Assembly (NCBI GenBank): GCA_963745035.1
Contig: CAVUVW010000013.1
Location: 1,088,001 to 1,152,000 of the forward strand
Length of the DNA stretch: 64,000 nt
From: an uncultured delta proteobacterium
GTDB taxonomy: Bacteria > Desulfobacterota > Binatia > UBA9968
Direction: 5' to 3'
Program-made: the position numbers and the translations under genes
Notes under the pieces: generated by a model
What the model saw: only the letters and a program-made list of their open reading frames with translations
Databases searched by the model: none
What the model was told of the DNA's origin: nothing
In this document: positions 40,769 through 51,833 of the stretch, piece after piece
How positions within the stretch are numbered: position 1 is the stretch's first letter
How the letters are laid out: each line of letters starts with the position of its first letter

Positions 40769-41768
40769 TCACTTCCAAAGTTTCTGGATAAAGCCTTCCT
40801 TTTCCAGCTCCTGGAAAAACCGTGCGTCGATGAACTGCTCGGGCTTGAGATTGGCGACCCGCGGATCGGTCTCGACCATTTGATCCATGACGGTCTTGAG
40901 CGATTCGGGCGACGGGACGCGGGATGCGCGGGATGTTGCGCACGATGTACATCTCGTACAGCTCGTCGAACATGGCCGCGTCGCTGCTGCGCAGATACTT
41001 CTGCATGATTTTGATGGCGGGCCCGCGCTGGGTCTTGGCGTAGTGCACGCCCTCGACGAAGCCGCGGACGAATTTCCGCACGGTGTTCTCGTTGCGCTTG
41101 ATAAACGAGCGCGTGGTGATGACCGACGAAGTCGGAAAATTGATGCCCATCTTGGACATATCGGCGAGCTCGCGGAAGCCGTCGCGCCGCCCGAGAATCG
41201 CCAATTCGGCGTTGATCACCGCCGCGTCCAACGTGCCCGCGCGCAGCGCATGGTACACGTCGGTCACGCCGCCCAATTGCATTACGGCGAAATCGCGCTG
41301 GCGCTTGACCGGCCACTGCTCTTCGACGTAGCGCAGGCCGAAATCGGTCGCCGAGCCGAAGCGCGAGACGCCGATCCTTTTGCCTTTGAGATCCTCCGGC
41401 CGCCGGATCTCCGGACGGGCCATGACGACGAACGTCATCACATTCATCGAGCTGGCAATCACCACCAAGTCGCCGCCGGCAAGATTGGCGTTGATCACCG
41501 CGCCGCCGGTGAACACGCCGATCGGCACTTCGCCCGACTGCACGACCTGTCCGGCGCGCCCGCCGCCCGCGACGTAGACCAGCTCGGCGTCGAGGCCGTG
41601 TTTGCGAAAAATCCCCGCTTCGTAGGGAATCCAGAACGTAGCTTGCGATCCGCCGATGGCGCTGTAGGCGAGACGGATTTTTTCGAGCGGAGCTTGGGCG
41701 CACACACGCGCGGGAAGAAGCAGGAATGCCAACACCAAGAGCGCTAACAAAGGCGCAAATTTTTTCAC
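40769..41768 (-). CDS. ABC substrate-binding protein, NMT1/THI5-like (frameshift near 40910)
   Basis: Signal peptide; EAGIFRKHGLDAELV and DLKGKRIGVSRFGSATD; corrected C-terminus FIQKLWK*. Confidence 0.88.
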
Positions 41769-41860
41769 AGTTCTCCTCTTATTATCTTTTATGGCGAATC
41801 TGCCAGGAAGTGCCAGGTCGAATTGCCTCCAAGTCTATCTGCAGCGGCTGGATGCAACGG

Positions 41861-42535
41861 TTACCCGTTTTTATCCGTCCCGCACGCGCGCGACAAGAGG
41901 CGGCGCAGGGGCTCGTCGGCGAGGGATTTGAGGCACAGATCGGCGTGGTCCAAAGAAAGACACTGAGTCATCGGATTGGGCACGGCGGCGCAGAATATGC
42001 CGGCGGCGCGCGCCGCGGCGACGCCATTGGGCGAATCTTCGAAGGCAACGGCTTCGCCGGGCGCGACGCCGACGGCATCGAGCACGGCGAGGTACGGCTC
42101 GGGATTGGGCTTATGCAGTTCGGTGTCTTCGAAACATTTGGTCGCGTGAAAATAGTCGAACAGCTCGAGCCGTTTGAGATGCCCGCGCACGTAATCGCCG
42201 CCCGAGCTCGACGCCAAGCCGATCTTCAAGCCCATCCCGCGCGCTTCGTGCAGATACTCTCGCACGCCGGGCAGCACCGGCTGGCCGAGCACAAGCTCGA
42301 CGACCCGGGCGCGGCGGTCCCGGCGCAGCGCCTCGATATCGGTGCGCGGCCCGTTCAATTCTTTGAAGTGCGCGTACATGTCGAAATAGGCGCGCGGCCG
42401 GCCGATCAGATCCGCCCACAGCTCCGCGCGCAATTCATGGCCATGGGCGGCAAATACCTCCTGCCAGACTTGAAACTCCGGACTTTCGGTGTCGAGAATC
42501 AAACCGTCGAAGTCGAAAATCAGCGCTTTGATCAT
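41861..42535 (-). CDS. HAD family hydrolase (subfamily IA)
   Basis: IFDFDGLILDTE, KPNPEPY and FEDSPNG. Confidence 0.95.
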   Translation of the reverse strand: MIKALIFDFDGLILDTESPEFQVWQEVFAAHGHELRAELWADLIGRPRAYFDMYAHFKELNGPRTDIEALRRDRRARVVELVLGQPVLPGVREYLHEARGMGLKIGLASSSGGDYVRGHLKRLELFDYFHATKCFEDTELHKPNPEPYLAVLDAVGVAPGEAVAFEDSPNGVAAARAAGIFCAAVPNPMTQCLSLDHADLCLKSLADEPLRRLLSRACGTDKNG

Positions 42536-42641
42536 CCTGCTGCCACGTTTACCAAGGTGAGCGACGACGGCGGGCTGCTGCGCGCTGTTTCCTATTCAGC
42601 GCGCGGGGAAGATGCAAGCCGCCACGCGTATTCCGCAAGCA

Positions 42642-43031
42642 TCATCGGCCGCCCACCGGCACGCTGGTCCCGCTCTTCTTCCGCGCGACCTTCTCGACCA
42701 GACCGCGAAAGGTCGTCAATTCGTCGCAGTTCACCTCGAAGGCGACCACGAACAGCGTGATCAAATCCTTGGCGTGAATCTGATTTGCCGCCCAGGCGGC
42801 GATTTCGCTCAAGTTATGCTCCGGCTTGAGCTCCTTGATCTTCATGCCGACGACCTCGGCCAGTCCGGCGGCGAGTTGCTGCGCGATCACGCGCTGCTCC
42901 GGCGGAAAATCCAGGCGGATAAACGCCACTTCCAGCGCCCAATCGATGCCCTTCGGCGCGGCGCGAAACGCCGTCCGGCCCAGAACCATGAGCAGGAGGA
43001 TCGCCGCGAGCAGCAAATAAAACGCCGTCAT
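42642..43031 (-). CDS. Hypothetical membrane-anchored protein
   Basis: N-terminal TM helix; C-terminus loosely resembles an acyl-carrier fold (AEVVGM....LKPEH.L, TTFRGLVE.V). Confidence 0.6.
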   Translation of the reverse strand: MTAFYLLLAAILLLMVLGRTAFRAAPKGIDWALEVAFIRLDFPPEQRVIAQQLAAGLAEVVGMKIKELKPEHNLSEIAAWAANQIHAKDLITLFVVAFEVNCDELTTFRGLVEKVARKKSGTSVPVGGR

Positions 43032-43034
43032 CGT

Positions 43035-43362
43035 CTAGCTCCGAAAGTTCCCATCGTTGACCAGAACGGCGCGGTAGCGGACGCGATTCTCCCGCAGCCG
43101 TTGCAGCACGTCGTTGATCGCGCTCATGGAGTAAGATTCGATCATCGGCTGAACCGCATGGGCCGCGGCAAATTCCAGCATCGCCCTCATTTCCGCATTC
43201 GATCCGATGGCGCTGCCGCCGATGCTTTTTTGGCCTTCCAGCAGTCCGAACACGGGAACTCTGAGCTCGCCCGGCGAAGCGCCGACGATGCCCAACGCGC
43301 CGTTGGGCTTGAGAACGTTAATGTACTCCGCCCACGGCAAGTCGACCGGAACGGTCGCGTGA
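43035..43362 (-). pseudogene. C-terminal remnant of a Zn/NADP alcohol dehydrogenase (CAD/Ahr-like)
   Basis: TVPVDLPW..Y...LKPNG.L.IVG..SIGGSAIGS..EML EFAA.H.V.P.IE..VRYRAVL; N-terminal catalytic part absent. Confidence 0.8.
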
Positions 43363-43516
43363 CCGCGGTATCGACTTCGCAAAAGCGCTCCGAGGGAGTA
43401 ACGGTGCGGCTGCAATGCGCCGCCCGCGCGCGGCGCGGCGAATGCGTCAATAGACAAATTTTCCGTCGATAAGGCGGCCACGGCTGTTCTCTCCGATCAC
43501 ACCCCGCGCCGCGCTC

Positions 43517-44155
43517 TTACGACCGGGATTTGTCTTTCACCCACCGGGCGATCGCCGCCGATTCGGCATCGCCGCGCTCGGTCAATCCTTGAACGACGCC
43601 GGCGCGATCGTCGAGAGACCGGTTCTGGCTCACCTTCCATTTGCCGGTCAATTTTGTCAGCGCGATCTCGAGGCCGACAATCGCGCCCAACTGTTTGTCG
43701 ATGAACGGCGCCGGCGCGTCGGTCACATGCCAACGAGCGGCATGGCCGGCCTCAAAGCGCTCGGTGAGCCGCGTGACCAAGCCGCGCAGCCACTCGCGAT
43801 CGTGCACGATCTTTATCGCGCCGTAGCCGTGGACAACCAGATAATTGTACGTCGGCACCACCTCGCCGGTGATTTTTTTCGACGGATACCACGATGGCGA
43901 CACATAGGCCTGCGGTCCCTGAAAAATAACCAGCGCTTCGACGTCCAGCGAAAAATCGCGCCATACGGGATTTGCCTTGGCGACGTGGCCGCGCAGAGTT
44001 CCCAGCGGTGCCGGCGCGGCGTCAAGCTCGAACGGGATATGATTGGCGTTCAGCCCCGCGGCGCTCAGCACAACCAGCGAACCGAGGGGCCGCTCGCGAA
44101 TCAGCTCATGGAGCCGTTCCACCCGTGGCTCATGAAAATGTGCGGGCAAATACAC
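43517..44155 (-). CDS. PaiB-family FMN-binding negative transcriptional regulator
   Basis: MYLPAHF, GHVAKANP, YVSPSWYPSK, VPTYNY and GKWKVSQNR. Confidence 0.93.
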   Translation of the reverse strand: MYLPAHFHEPRVERLHELIRERPLGSLVVLSAAGLNANHIPFELDAAPAPLGTLRGHVAKANPVWRDFSLDVEALVIFQGPQAYVSPSWYPSKKITGEVVPTYNYLVVHGYGAIKIVHDREWLRGLVTRLTERFEAGHAARWHVTDAPAPFIDKQLGAIVGLEIALTKLTGKWKVSQNRSLDDRAGVVQGLTERGDAESAAIARWVKDKSRS

Positions 44156-44372
44156 CTTGGCTTACTCTCGGTAACCTGGCGGATACTGGCGCTGGATGAT
44201 GGAAACTGTCGCTCGACAATAATCGCCCTCACCCAACCGTGTGTCAAGCAGATCGGACGATAGCGGAATCGGTCCGGCGGGCGGAGAATTGCTTTTGTGC
44301 CCACCCGTTGCAAAGAACGCGCAAATCTTTATGATGCAACCGCTGCGGCGCGCCCGCGGCAGAGGAGGAAAA

Positions 44373-45419
44373 ATGAAGATGAGAGCAACCTTTGCAACCG
44401 CGGCCTTGTTTCTGGGCTTTTTCCAGGCGGCCGGCGCTGCTGTTTATGCCCAGGATCAGTTTTTCAAAGGCAAACAGATACGCATCATCGTCGGCCTGAG
44501 CAGCGGCGGCGGCTACGACCGGGCCGCGCGCATGATCGCGCGCCACATCGGGAAATATATCCCCGGTAGTCCCGATCTCGTCGTGCAGAACATGCCCGGC
44601 GCGGGTTCCGTGACAGCGGCCAATTACGTTTGGGGCGTGGCCAAGCCTGACGGTTTGACGCTTCTCGCGCCGCATAACAATTTCTATTTGAGCCAGCTCT
44701 CGGGGCAAAAAGAAGTGCAGTTCGATTTACCGAAGTTTCAGTGGATCGGCTCGTTGGAGAACGACGACATGATGATGTTCTCCCGCGCCGACGCGCCGTT
44801 TAAGTCGATGAGCGAGATCGTGCGGCAAAAGATATCGCCCAAGTGCGGTTCGACGGGGGTGGGCAGCTCCGACTACGTCATGTCGAAGATCTTGGAGGAA
44901 ACCATCGACGCGCAGATCCAACACGTTGTCGGCTATCCCGGCAGCAGCGAAATCGCCATCGCGCTCGAGCGCGGCGAGGTCCAATGCATGGGGCTGACGA
45001 TCTCGACTTATTATGGGCGCGAACCGTTTCTGACATGGCTCAAGAGCAAGTTTGTCCGGTTCCTGGCGCAGAGCGGGCGCAAAAGAGACCCGCGGGTGGG
45101 CGACGCGCCGACCATCTACGAGCTGATGGAGGAATTCAAAACTCCGGCGACCAAGCGTCGCGTCGCGGAAGCCATGCTGCTCGGCGGCGAGTGGGCGCGG
45201 CCATTGATGGCGTCGCCGGGAACGCCGGCCGATCGGGTTGCGGTCCTGCGCGCCGCTTACGAGAAAGTGGTCAAAGACCCCGAGCTCCTTGCCGAGGCCA
45301 AGAAGATGCGCATCGACGTCGTGCCCGTCAGCGGCGAAAAACTCCAGGGCATGGCCAAGGAAGTCATGAACCAGCCGCCCGAGGTCACCGCGCAGATCAA
45401 AAAACTCTTTACGCAATGA
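44373..45419 (+). CDS. Bug/TctC tripartite tricarboxylate transporter substrate-binding protein
   Basis: FFKGKQIRIIVG..GGGYD..AR, VVQNMPGAGS, AKPDGLT and GYPG..EI..ALERGEV. Confidence 0.92.
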   Translation: MKMRATFATAALFLGFFQAAGAAVYAQDQFFKGKQIRIIVGLSSGGGYDRAARMIARHIGKYIPGSPDLVVQNMPGAGSVTAANYVWGVAKPDGLTLLAPHNNFYLSQLSGQKEVQFDLPKFQWIGSLENDDMMMFSRADAPFKSMSEIVRQKISPKCGSTGVGSSDYVMSKILEETIDAQIQHVVGYPGSSEIAIALERGEVQCMGLTISTYYGREPFLTWLKSKFVRFLAQSGRKRDPRVGDAPTIYELMEEFKTPATKRRVAEAMLLGGEWARPLMASPGTPADRVAVLRAAYEKVVKDPELLAEAKKMRIDVVPVSGEKLQGMAKEVMNQPPEVTAQIKKLFTQ

Positions 45420-45493
45420 CCGGCAGATTTTTTCCGGTGTAAGAGACTGTGTCAGAATGTCATTGCGCCGGCTTAAAACGAGCCGGCCGCTTT

Positions 45494-45916
45494 TTATTTG
45501 GCGCCCTGCTCCAACTCGGCGATGCGCCGGCGCAACTCCCGCTCTTCGTTCCAGCGCGCGGTCTCGTCGCGCGCGATGGCGGCAATAACTCGACCGTCAG
45601 GCCCATCGAGCAAGCTCACGGTAAATGCAATCGACAACGCCCGCCCGTCTTTATGGGTCGCCGGGACGCGCAGCACGTCTGTGCCGTATTTGGTTTTTCC
45701 TGTGGCCATGACCTGGCGATAGCCGTCCCAGTGGCGCGCGCGAAAGCGTTCCGGAATAATCAGATCGAGGGATTGACCGAGAGCCTCGGCGGCGCTAAAG
45801 CCGAAAATCCGCTCCGCCGCCGGATTCCAGAAAACGATCGCGCCGTCGGCGCGCGCGGCGATGATCGCGTCCGCCGCCGCCTGCGCAAAAATTTCCAGAT
45901 CGAATGACTGGCCCAT
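45494..45916 (-). CDS. Stand-alone PAS domain protein
   Basis: WNPAAERIFGFSAAEALGQSLDLIIPERFRARHW; HKDG; AIARDET. Confidence 0.9.
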   Translation of the reverse strand: MGQSFDLEIFAQAAADAIIAARADGAIVFWNPAAERIFGFSAAEALGQSLDLIIPERFRARHWDGYRQVMATGKTKYGTDVLRVPATHKDGRALSIAFTVSLLDGPDGRVIAAIARDETARWNEERELRRRIAELEQGAK

Positions 45917-46059
45917 GGGATGTCGAGCTCCTTCCAAATTCGATGGAGAGTTGCGCCGCGATTGCGGCGGGATCGAATCAATTTTTTCTAGCGCCCGCCC
46001 ATGCCTCGGTCAACACCGGGACGAAATAGAGCGGCAATGCTCTTCGACGATTTCGCGCG

Positions 46060-47265
46060 CTACCAGCGGCCGCGGCCCGCGCCGTAGCGCCGGCTTGACG
46101 AGCGTCCGCCGAAGATCGGCTTGGGATTGGGATCGAGGAGACGGCTGTAGGCGTAGTTGAAGCCTTCGAGCTTGATGCGCGGGATCTTTTGGCCGATGAA
46201 GTGTTCGACGGACGCCACTTCCTGAAGCTCCTCGGCGGTCATGATCGTGAAGGCGTCGCCGACGCTCTGCGCCCTGCCGGTGCGGCCGATGCGGTGGACG
46301 TAGTCTTCCGGATGATGCGGCACGTCGAAATTGATCACGTGGCTGATCTGCTCCACGTCGATGCCGCGCGCGGCGATGTCGGTGGCGACCATCACTTCAT
46401 AGCGGCCGTTGCGAAAGCCGTTGAGCGCGTTTTCCCGCTCGCGCTGGGTTCGGCTCGAATGCAGCACCGCGACCGCGTGGCCCTGCTGCTGGAGCCGGCG
46501 TGCGACGCGATCGGCGCCGTTCTTGGTGCGGCAGAAAATCAGCACCTGATCGTACTCGGTGCGCCGCAGCAGCTCTTCGAGCAGTTCCTGCTTCTGGCCG
46601 ATATCGACCGGATACAACGCATGAGTTACGGTCTCCGCGGGCGAGCGGCGCTGGCCGATCTCGACGGTCTCGGGATTGCGCAAGGCCCATTTGCAAAGCT
46701 GCTCGATCTCCGGCGGGATCGTCGCCGAGAAGAGCATGGTCTGGCGCGTGCGCGGGCAGCGCTCGACGATCTTGCGCACATCGGGCATGAAGCCCATGTC
46801 GAGCATGCGATCGGCTTCATCGAGAACCAGCGTCTCGATCTGATCGAGGCGCAGCATGCGCCGTTGGAGCTGGTCAAGCAGCCGCCCCGGCGTCGCCACC
46901 ACGATATCGGCGCCCTGGCGCAGCGCCTGATCCTGGCGGCCGTAACCCGTGCCGCCGTACAGGACGACCGTGCGCAAGTCGGTGAAGCGCCCATAATCGC
47001 GAATCGCCGTTTCGACCTGCGCCGCCAGCTCGCGCGTGGGCTCGAGCACCAGAGCGCGCAAACGCCCGCGCTGGCCGAGCCGCGAAATCAGCGGCAACGC
47101 GAAGGCCGCGGTTTTGCCCGTGCCGGTCTGCGCCGAGCCGATCACATCCCGGCCCGCGAGAATCAGCGGGATCGCGCGCAGTTGAATCGCCGTGGGTTCG
47201 GCGTAGCCGGCGGCGCGCACGCCTTCGACAGCTTTGGGCGAGAGTCCGAGTTTCGAGAAGGGCAC
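46060..47265 (-). CDS. rhlE: DEAD-box RNA helicase (RhlE-like)
   Basis: AQTGTGKT, PTRELA, TPGRL, LDEAD, SAT, ARGID and HRIGRTGR. Confidence 0.92.
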   Translation of the reverse strand: MPFSKLGLSPKAVEGVRAAGYAEPTAIQLRAIPLILAGRDVIGSAQTGTGKTAAFALPLISRLGQRGRLRALVLEPTRELAAQVETAIRDYGRFTDLRTVVLYGGTGYGRQDQALRQGADIVVATPGRLLDQLQRRMLRLDQIETLVLDEADRMLDMGFMPDVRKIVERCPRTRQTMLFSATIPPEIEQLCKWALRNPETVEIGQRRSPAETVTHALYPVDIGQKQELLEELLRRTEYDQVLIFCRTKNGADRVARRLQQQGHAVAVLHSSRTQRERENALNGFRNGRYEVMVATDIAARGIDVEQISHVINFDVPHHPEDYVHRIGRTGRAQSVGDAFTIMTAEELQEVASVEHFIGQKIPRIKLEGFNYAYSRLLDPNPKPIFGGRSSSRRYGAGRGRW

Positions 47266-47361
47266 AAATTTTTATTGCACAACCGGCGGGGATTCACAAA
47301 CGTCGTGGATTGTTCACGCGGCGAGGAACCAGGTGGCACTCTGAGGATCGACGGCCGCCGG

Positions 47362-47979
47362 TCAATCCGGCGCGACGTTGCCGAGCGCGCGGCGAATAAA
47401 CACTCCTTTGGCGTTCGAGTATTCCGCGCTCCGTGTGATGCCGCGCGCCAGGATCGCGCGCTTTTCCGCTTCGTAGGCGCGCCGCAGGTCGATGTGGCGG
47501 CGCAGGAGATCGCGAAATCGCACCAAGTCGCGCGCCTCCGCGCAGCCGGCCGCGACCACGTGCGCGTGGATTCTGTAGGTGCGGCCGAAATACTCCACGC
47601 TGCCGACGCGCATCGGGCGCGACTCGGGAAACGGATCTTCTCCGCCTTGCCGCTGAAAGCCGATGCGGTCGAGAGCCTTGCGCGCCGCGTCCAGACGATT
47701 GGGCGCGTAAAGCGCGAGCAGGTCGATGATCCCTTTTCCCCAACACCCGGGAACGGCCGTGCTGCCGATGTGCTCGATTTGCAAGCTGCCGTCGGCGCGC
47801 AGAATGATTTCAGCAACCCACGCCGCCACCCGGCGGCACTGGGAGTCGTAGGGCAGATACTCGACGGCGGAAAATCTGTAGTTGCCGATCGGCATGCGCG
47901 CTATGAATTCGTGGGGAATCGGCAGTTGGGCTCTCGATTCAAAAGATCGATAGGTCATTGGGTCTAAATCGTCGGTCAC
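47362..47979 (-). CDS. GrpB family nucleotidyltransferase-like protein
   Basis: IEHIGSTAVPG..GKGIIDL, FRD.LR, Y..EK and Y.NAK..FI. Confidence 0.88.
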   Translation of the reverse strand: MTDDLDPMTYRSFESRAQLPIPHEFIARMPIGNYRFSAVEYLPYDSQCRRVAAWVAEIILRADGSLQIEHIGSTAVPGCWGKGIIDLLALYAPNRLDAARKALDRIGFQRQGGEDPFPESRPMRVGSVEYFGRTYRIHAHVVAAGCAEARDLVRFRDLLRRHIDLRRAYEAEKRAILARGITRSAEYSNAKGVFIRRALGNVAPD

Positions 47980-48407
47980 GGTGTCTCCTGTGATCTTTCA
48001 TTTCCTCGAGCGAATTTGCCGAATTCATCGCCGCGCTTTTCTTTGCAAGAGATACTTCGCAATATGAATACCACGCGTATCGTCGCACCGCCTTCGAATA
48101 ATGTGCTGGATTTTCCGCCGATATTATCGCGGCGGAGCGCGGGCGGATCGTCCGCAGCGCCTTTGGTTTACATCGGCTGTAACCGATGGTTGCAGCGGTT
48201 GCCGCGCGGCGCTGGGCTGGAGGTGAAACAGGCAGGCGAAAAGACGAGAATGAGAGCTGCGGCTGCTGATGTCGAGGCGGTTCTTTCGAGAGCGAGCTCC
48301 AACCGCCGCAACGCCCGTCACTACCGCGGTCGATCAAAAACCAAACTTTCGAGCGAGCTACGGGATCGAAAAGCGCACGCCACGCCGGATCGCGGCATGC
48401 GCGTCCT

Positions 48408-49623
48408 TCATGCCGGCACGGCGACGCGCTCGACGCGCGGCTCTCGAATCGGCAGATTGAGCAGCGCCGCGACCAGCGCAAACAGCGCATCGGCCCACCA
48501 CATCCACAGGTAATTGCCGGAATAACTGAACGCCAGCCCGCCCAGCCAGGCGCCGAAGAAGCCGCCGATCTGGTGCGACAGCATGGTCATGCCGTAGAGC
48601 GTTGCGAGATAGCGCATGCCGAAAAGCTTGCCGACGACGCCGGCGGTGGGCGGCGCGGTGCCGAGCCAGGAAAAGCCCAAGCCGACGGCGAGCAGATAAA
48701 AGGTCCACTCGGTTTTCGGCGCGACGAGGTAGATTAAAATCAGCAGCGTGCGCGAGCCGTACATCCAAAACAGCACGTCCTTGCCGCGAAAGCGCCCGAG
48801 CAGCCAGCCGGCGGTAAAGCTACCCGCAATGTTGGCCAGGCCGATGATCGCCAGCGACCAGCTCGCCACCGCTGCCGGTAAGCCGCACAGATCGACTTCG
48901 CCGGGCAAATGAGTGATCAGAAACGCGATGTGAAAGCCGCAGGTCAAAAAACTCCCGTGTAAAAGCAAGTAGCTGCGGTCGCGGAAAGCATTGCGCAATG
49001 CCGCGCCCATGCCGCCGTCGTCGTTCGACGCCAGCGTAAGCGCAGCCGCCGCGCGCCCGCCGATCGGTCGCACGAGCGGCAGAGCGAAAAGGGTCATCGC
49101 CGCCAAGGACCACATGGCGCCGGCCCAGCCCCAACTGGTGATCAACCGCTGCGCGACGGGAGCGAAGACGAACTGCCCGAACGAGCCGCCCGCGGTGATG
49201 ATCCCCGCCGCCGTGCCGCGCTGCGCCGCCGGCATGGCGCGGGCCAAAGAGCCGATCAGCACCGAAAAACTGCCGGCCCCCGAGCCTGCCGCCGTGAAAA
49301 TACCGAGAGTGAGCACGAGGCCCGCGCTCGAAGTCAAAAGCGGCGTGAACGCGCTCCCCAGGGCGAGAATCAGCACGCCGCGCGGTGAGCACCCGTGCAG
49401 CGCCGAAGCGGTCCGCCATTGCGCCGGCAATCGGCTGCGCCGCGCCCCAGATAAATTGCCCGACGGCCATGGCGAAGCTAATCGTGACAACGCCGACTCC
49501 GGTGGAACCTGCGATCGGCAGTAAAAACAGCCCCTGCGTCTGCCGAATTCCCATCGTCACCATCAACATCGCCGCCGCTGCGAGCGTCAGAAAGAGCCAG
49601 GAATTGGTTTTGTCTGGAGGCAT
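48408..49623 (-). CDS. MFS transporter (frameshift near 49385)
   Basis: GAMADRFG, FLTCGFHIAFLITHLP and HQIGGFFGAWLGG. Confidence 0.9.
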
Positions 49624-49721
49624 GAAGATCGTTCAATCTATCTGCAACTGCGCTGGACAGCATTGCACCGGGACGCGGCGACGCCGTCTTTCTTCAGGCC
49701 GGCTCCGCAACCGCAAACTCG

Positions 49722-50066
49722 TTACTTTCTCGGCTGCGACTTTCCCTCGTCGTCGACGAAATCCGAGAAATCGGACTTGGTGGAAATACTGACCGGAACT
49801 TTGTGCTCGACGATCATCTTGAATACTTCGATCGCTTCCGCCGGCGGCTCCAACCCGCCGCTCTCCCGATAATACCAAACGGTTCGCCTTTTGGTCTTGG
49901 CATTTTCCAATGCTCGCTGCACATCCGCGGGCGTCGCTGCTTTACCGTCTACGATAATTTTTCCGGTCACCAGCACGCTGATTCGCATGATCCGCGAATG
50001 CGGCGCATGCTCCTCGACGGCGTAGCCCAGGAGCCGAGCGATCACGGTTTGCAGCGCTCGTACCAT
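49722..50066 (-). CDS. Small hypothetical protein (loosely like the ExbD C-terminal domain)
   Basis: ISVLVTGKIIVDG..VWYYRE..STKSDFSDFVD; start uncertain. Confidence 0.55.
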   Translation of the reverse strand: MVRALQTVIARLLGYAVEEHAPHSRIMRISVLVTGKIIVDGKAATPADVQRALENAKTKRRTVWYYRESGGLEPPAEAIEVFKMIVEHKVPVSISTKSDFSDFVDDEGKSQPRK

Positions 50067-50082
50067 TTGCCCCGCGCCCGCT

Positions 50083-51135
50083 TTAGATCCGCGCCACCAC
50101 TCTGCCGACAATGCCGCCGTCCTTTAACTCATCCAACGTGCGGCTCACCGCCGCAAGCTCCCGCGTCTCGATCGGCAGCGGCCTGATCTCGCCGGCGCGC
50201 GCCAGCGCCACGACTTCCCGCAGCTCGCCGACGCTGCCGAGGTGCGAGCCCCGCACCGTGAGCGCGCGCAGGATCGTCGCGCCGATCGACAGCCCAAGCT
50301 CGCCGCCGAATAGGCCGACCAGGATGAGCTTGCCGCCTTTGCGCAGCGCGCCGAGCGCCAGTTGTGAGGTCGCCGCGGCGCCGACGAAATCGACCGCCCC
50401 ATAAAGCGCGCCCGCGGTGATGGCTTGCAACTTTTTTGCCGCATCGGCAGCGCGTCCGTCGAGCGCCGCCGCCGCGCCCGCGGCGAGCGCCGCCGCCAAT
50501 TTCCGCTCTTCGATATCGACGGCGACGATGTTCTCGTGTCCCAGCGCCCGCACCATGCCGATAGCGGACAACCCGAGCCCGCCGGCGCCGATCACCATGA
50601 CCCACTCCGGGCGCGGAATCGGCTGCAGCTTCGCCACCGCGGAATAGGTGGACAGCCCCGAGCAGGCGAGCGTTGCCGCCCACGCCGGATCGAGACCGCC
50701 GGCGTCAATGAGATAGCGAGGATGGGGCACGATCAAATGGTCGGCATAGCCGCCAGGGCGCTGGATGCCGAGCATGCTCGGCGCCATGCAGTAATTGTCC
50801 AACCCCTCGCGGCAGCGCGCGCAGACGCCGCAGCCGGTCCACGGATAGACCAGCCTGTCGGCGCCGATGACTACATTCGTCGTATCCGGCCCCGCCGCGA
50901 TCACCGTGCCCAACGCTTCGTGGCCGAGAGTCGCCGGCAGCCGCATGCCGCGCTCGCTCATCTGCAAACGTTTGCCGCCGCCGAGATCGAAATAGCCGTC
51001 GCGAATATGCGTGTCGCTGTGGCACACGCCGCAGTATTTGACCTTGACCAGCACTTCCGTGCCACGCGGCTGGGGCGTCTCGCGCTCGATTTTCTGGAGC
51101 GGTGCTCCCCACTCGACGACATCGAAGCTCAGCAT
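50083..51135 (-). CDS. Zn-dependent alcohol dehydrogenase
   Basis: CGVCHSD, GHE, C..C..C.......C and GAGGLG. Confidence 0.95.
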   Translation of the reverse strand: MLSFDVVEWGAPLQKIERETPQPRGTEVLVKVKYCGVCHSDTHIRDGYFDLGGGKRLQMSERGMRLPATLGHEALGTVIAAGPDTTNVVIGADRLVYPWTGCGVCARCREGLDNYCMAPSMLGIQRPGGYADHLIVPHPRYLIDAGGLDPAWAATLACSGLSTYSAVAKLQPIPRPEWVMVIGAGGLGLSAIGMVRALGHENIVAVDIEERKLAAALAAGAAAALDGRAADAAKKLQAITAGALYGAVDFVGAAATSQLALGALRKGGKLILVGLFGGELGLSIGATILRALTVRGSHLGSVGELREVVALARAGEIRPLPIETRELAAVSRTLDELKDGGIVGRVVARI

Positions 51136-51245
51136 GGCTCTACTTGTCGAAAAAGTTCATCATAAAGGCCGGAAAATTTGATTTCAACGGGCAACCAAGC
51201 TAGACAGGTAGGTCGCTTTCGGCCTCGGACCGCCGCGAATCGCCC

Positions 51246-51366
51246 ATGGAAGAAGAACAAAGAGTCAACGAACAGCTCGCCAGTGCTGGCCGATCATCTA
51301 TTCGGACGGCGCAACGCGATCTTGGAAAATTGGCGCTGCGCGGTCGAAGGAGACCCGGCGCTCGCT
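51246..51366 (+). pseudogene. Short N-terminal remnant resembling an RsbRD-N-type sensor kinase domain
   Basis: ATG 51246 then, across a frameshift, LADHLFGRRNAILENWRCAVEGDPAL; cut off by the convergent gene. Confidence 0.45.
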
Positions 51367-51368
51367 TA

Positions 51369-51833
51369 TCAGCGAATCGCACCGCGTTCCTGCAGCGCTT
51401 CGCGCAAGTTTTCCACCCGCCGGCGATTGACACCGAAGTCACTATAACCGAGGCGCGCCGCCGAGCGCACCGCGATCGCATGTTTTTCCGGCCGCAAGTG
51501 CAGCTCGAGATCATCGACAAAGCCAAAAACCGCGCTGCTGCATTCGGCATGAAGATAGTCAGCGGTCTGCGTGATGATTTTGGTGCGCGGCAGAGCCGAC
51601 ACAGCTGACTGCGCCATCCGCCACGCATCGGCGACCGGCACCGCAAGCTGGAACGGCGCGACCGCATGGTCGCCGGCATCATCGCTCGACACGCAATTGG
51701 GCGACGACGGGCACGCGGCAAGCCGACCATTTTTTACGCCGAGTCCATCCGGGCGGACCCCGGCGCAAGAAAAAAGCGCCATGAGAACTGCGCTCGCGCT
51801 GATGATTCGGGATGAAACGATGAAACCGGGCAA
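51369..51833 (-). CDS. DUF1499 domain protein
   Basis: LAACPSSPNCVSS, FGFVDDLE and VRSAARLGYSDFGVNRRRVE. Confidence 0.93.
   Translation of the reverse strand: MPGFIVSSRIISASAVLMALFSCAGVRPDGLGVKNGRLAACPSSPNCVSSDDAGDHAVAPFQLAVPVADAWRMAQSAVSALPRTKIITQTADYLHAECSSAVFGFVDDLELHLRPEKHAIAVRSAARLGYSDFGVNRRRVENLREALQERGAIR

Noticed and set aside
46189-47967. Long antisense ORFs (this 592-aa one, 14898-16079, 8060-9349 and others)
   Set aside because: They are shadow frames of well-supported genes on the opposite strand, expected in high-GC DNA.
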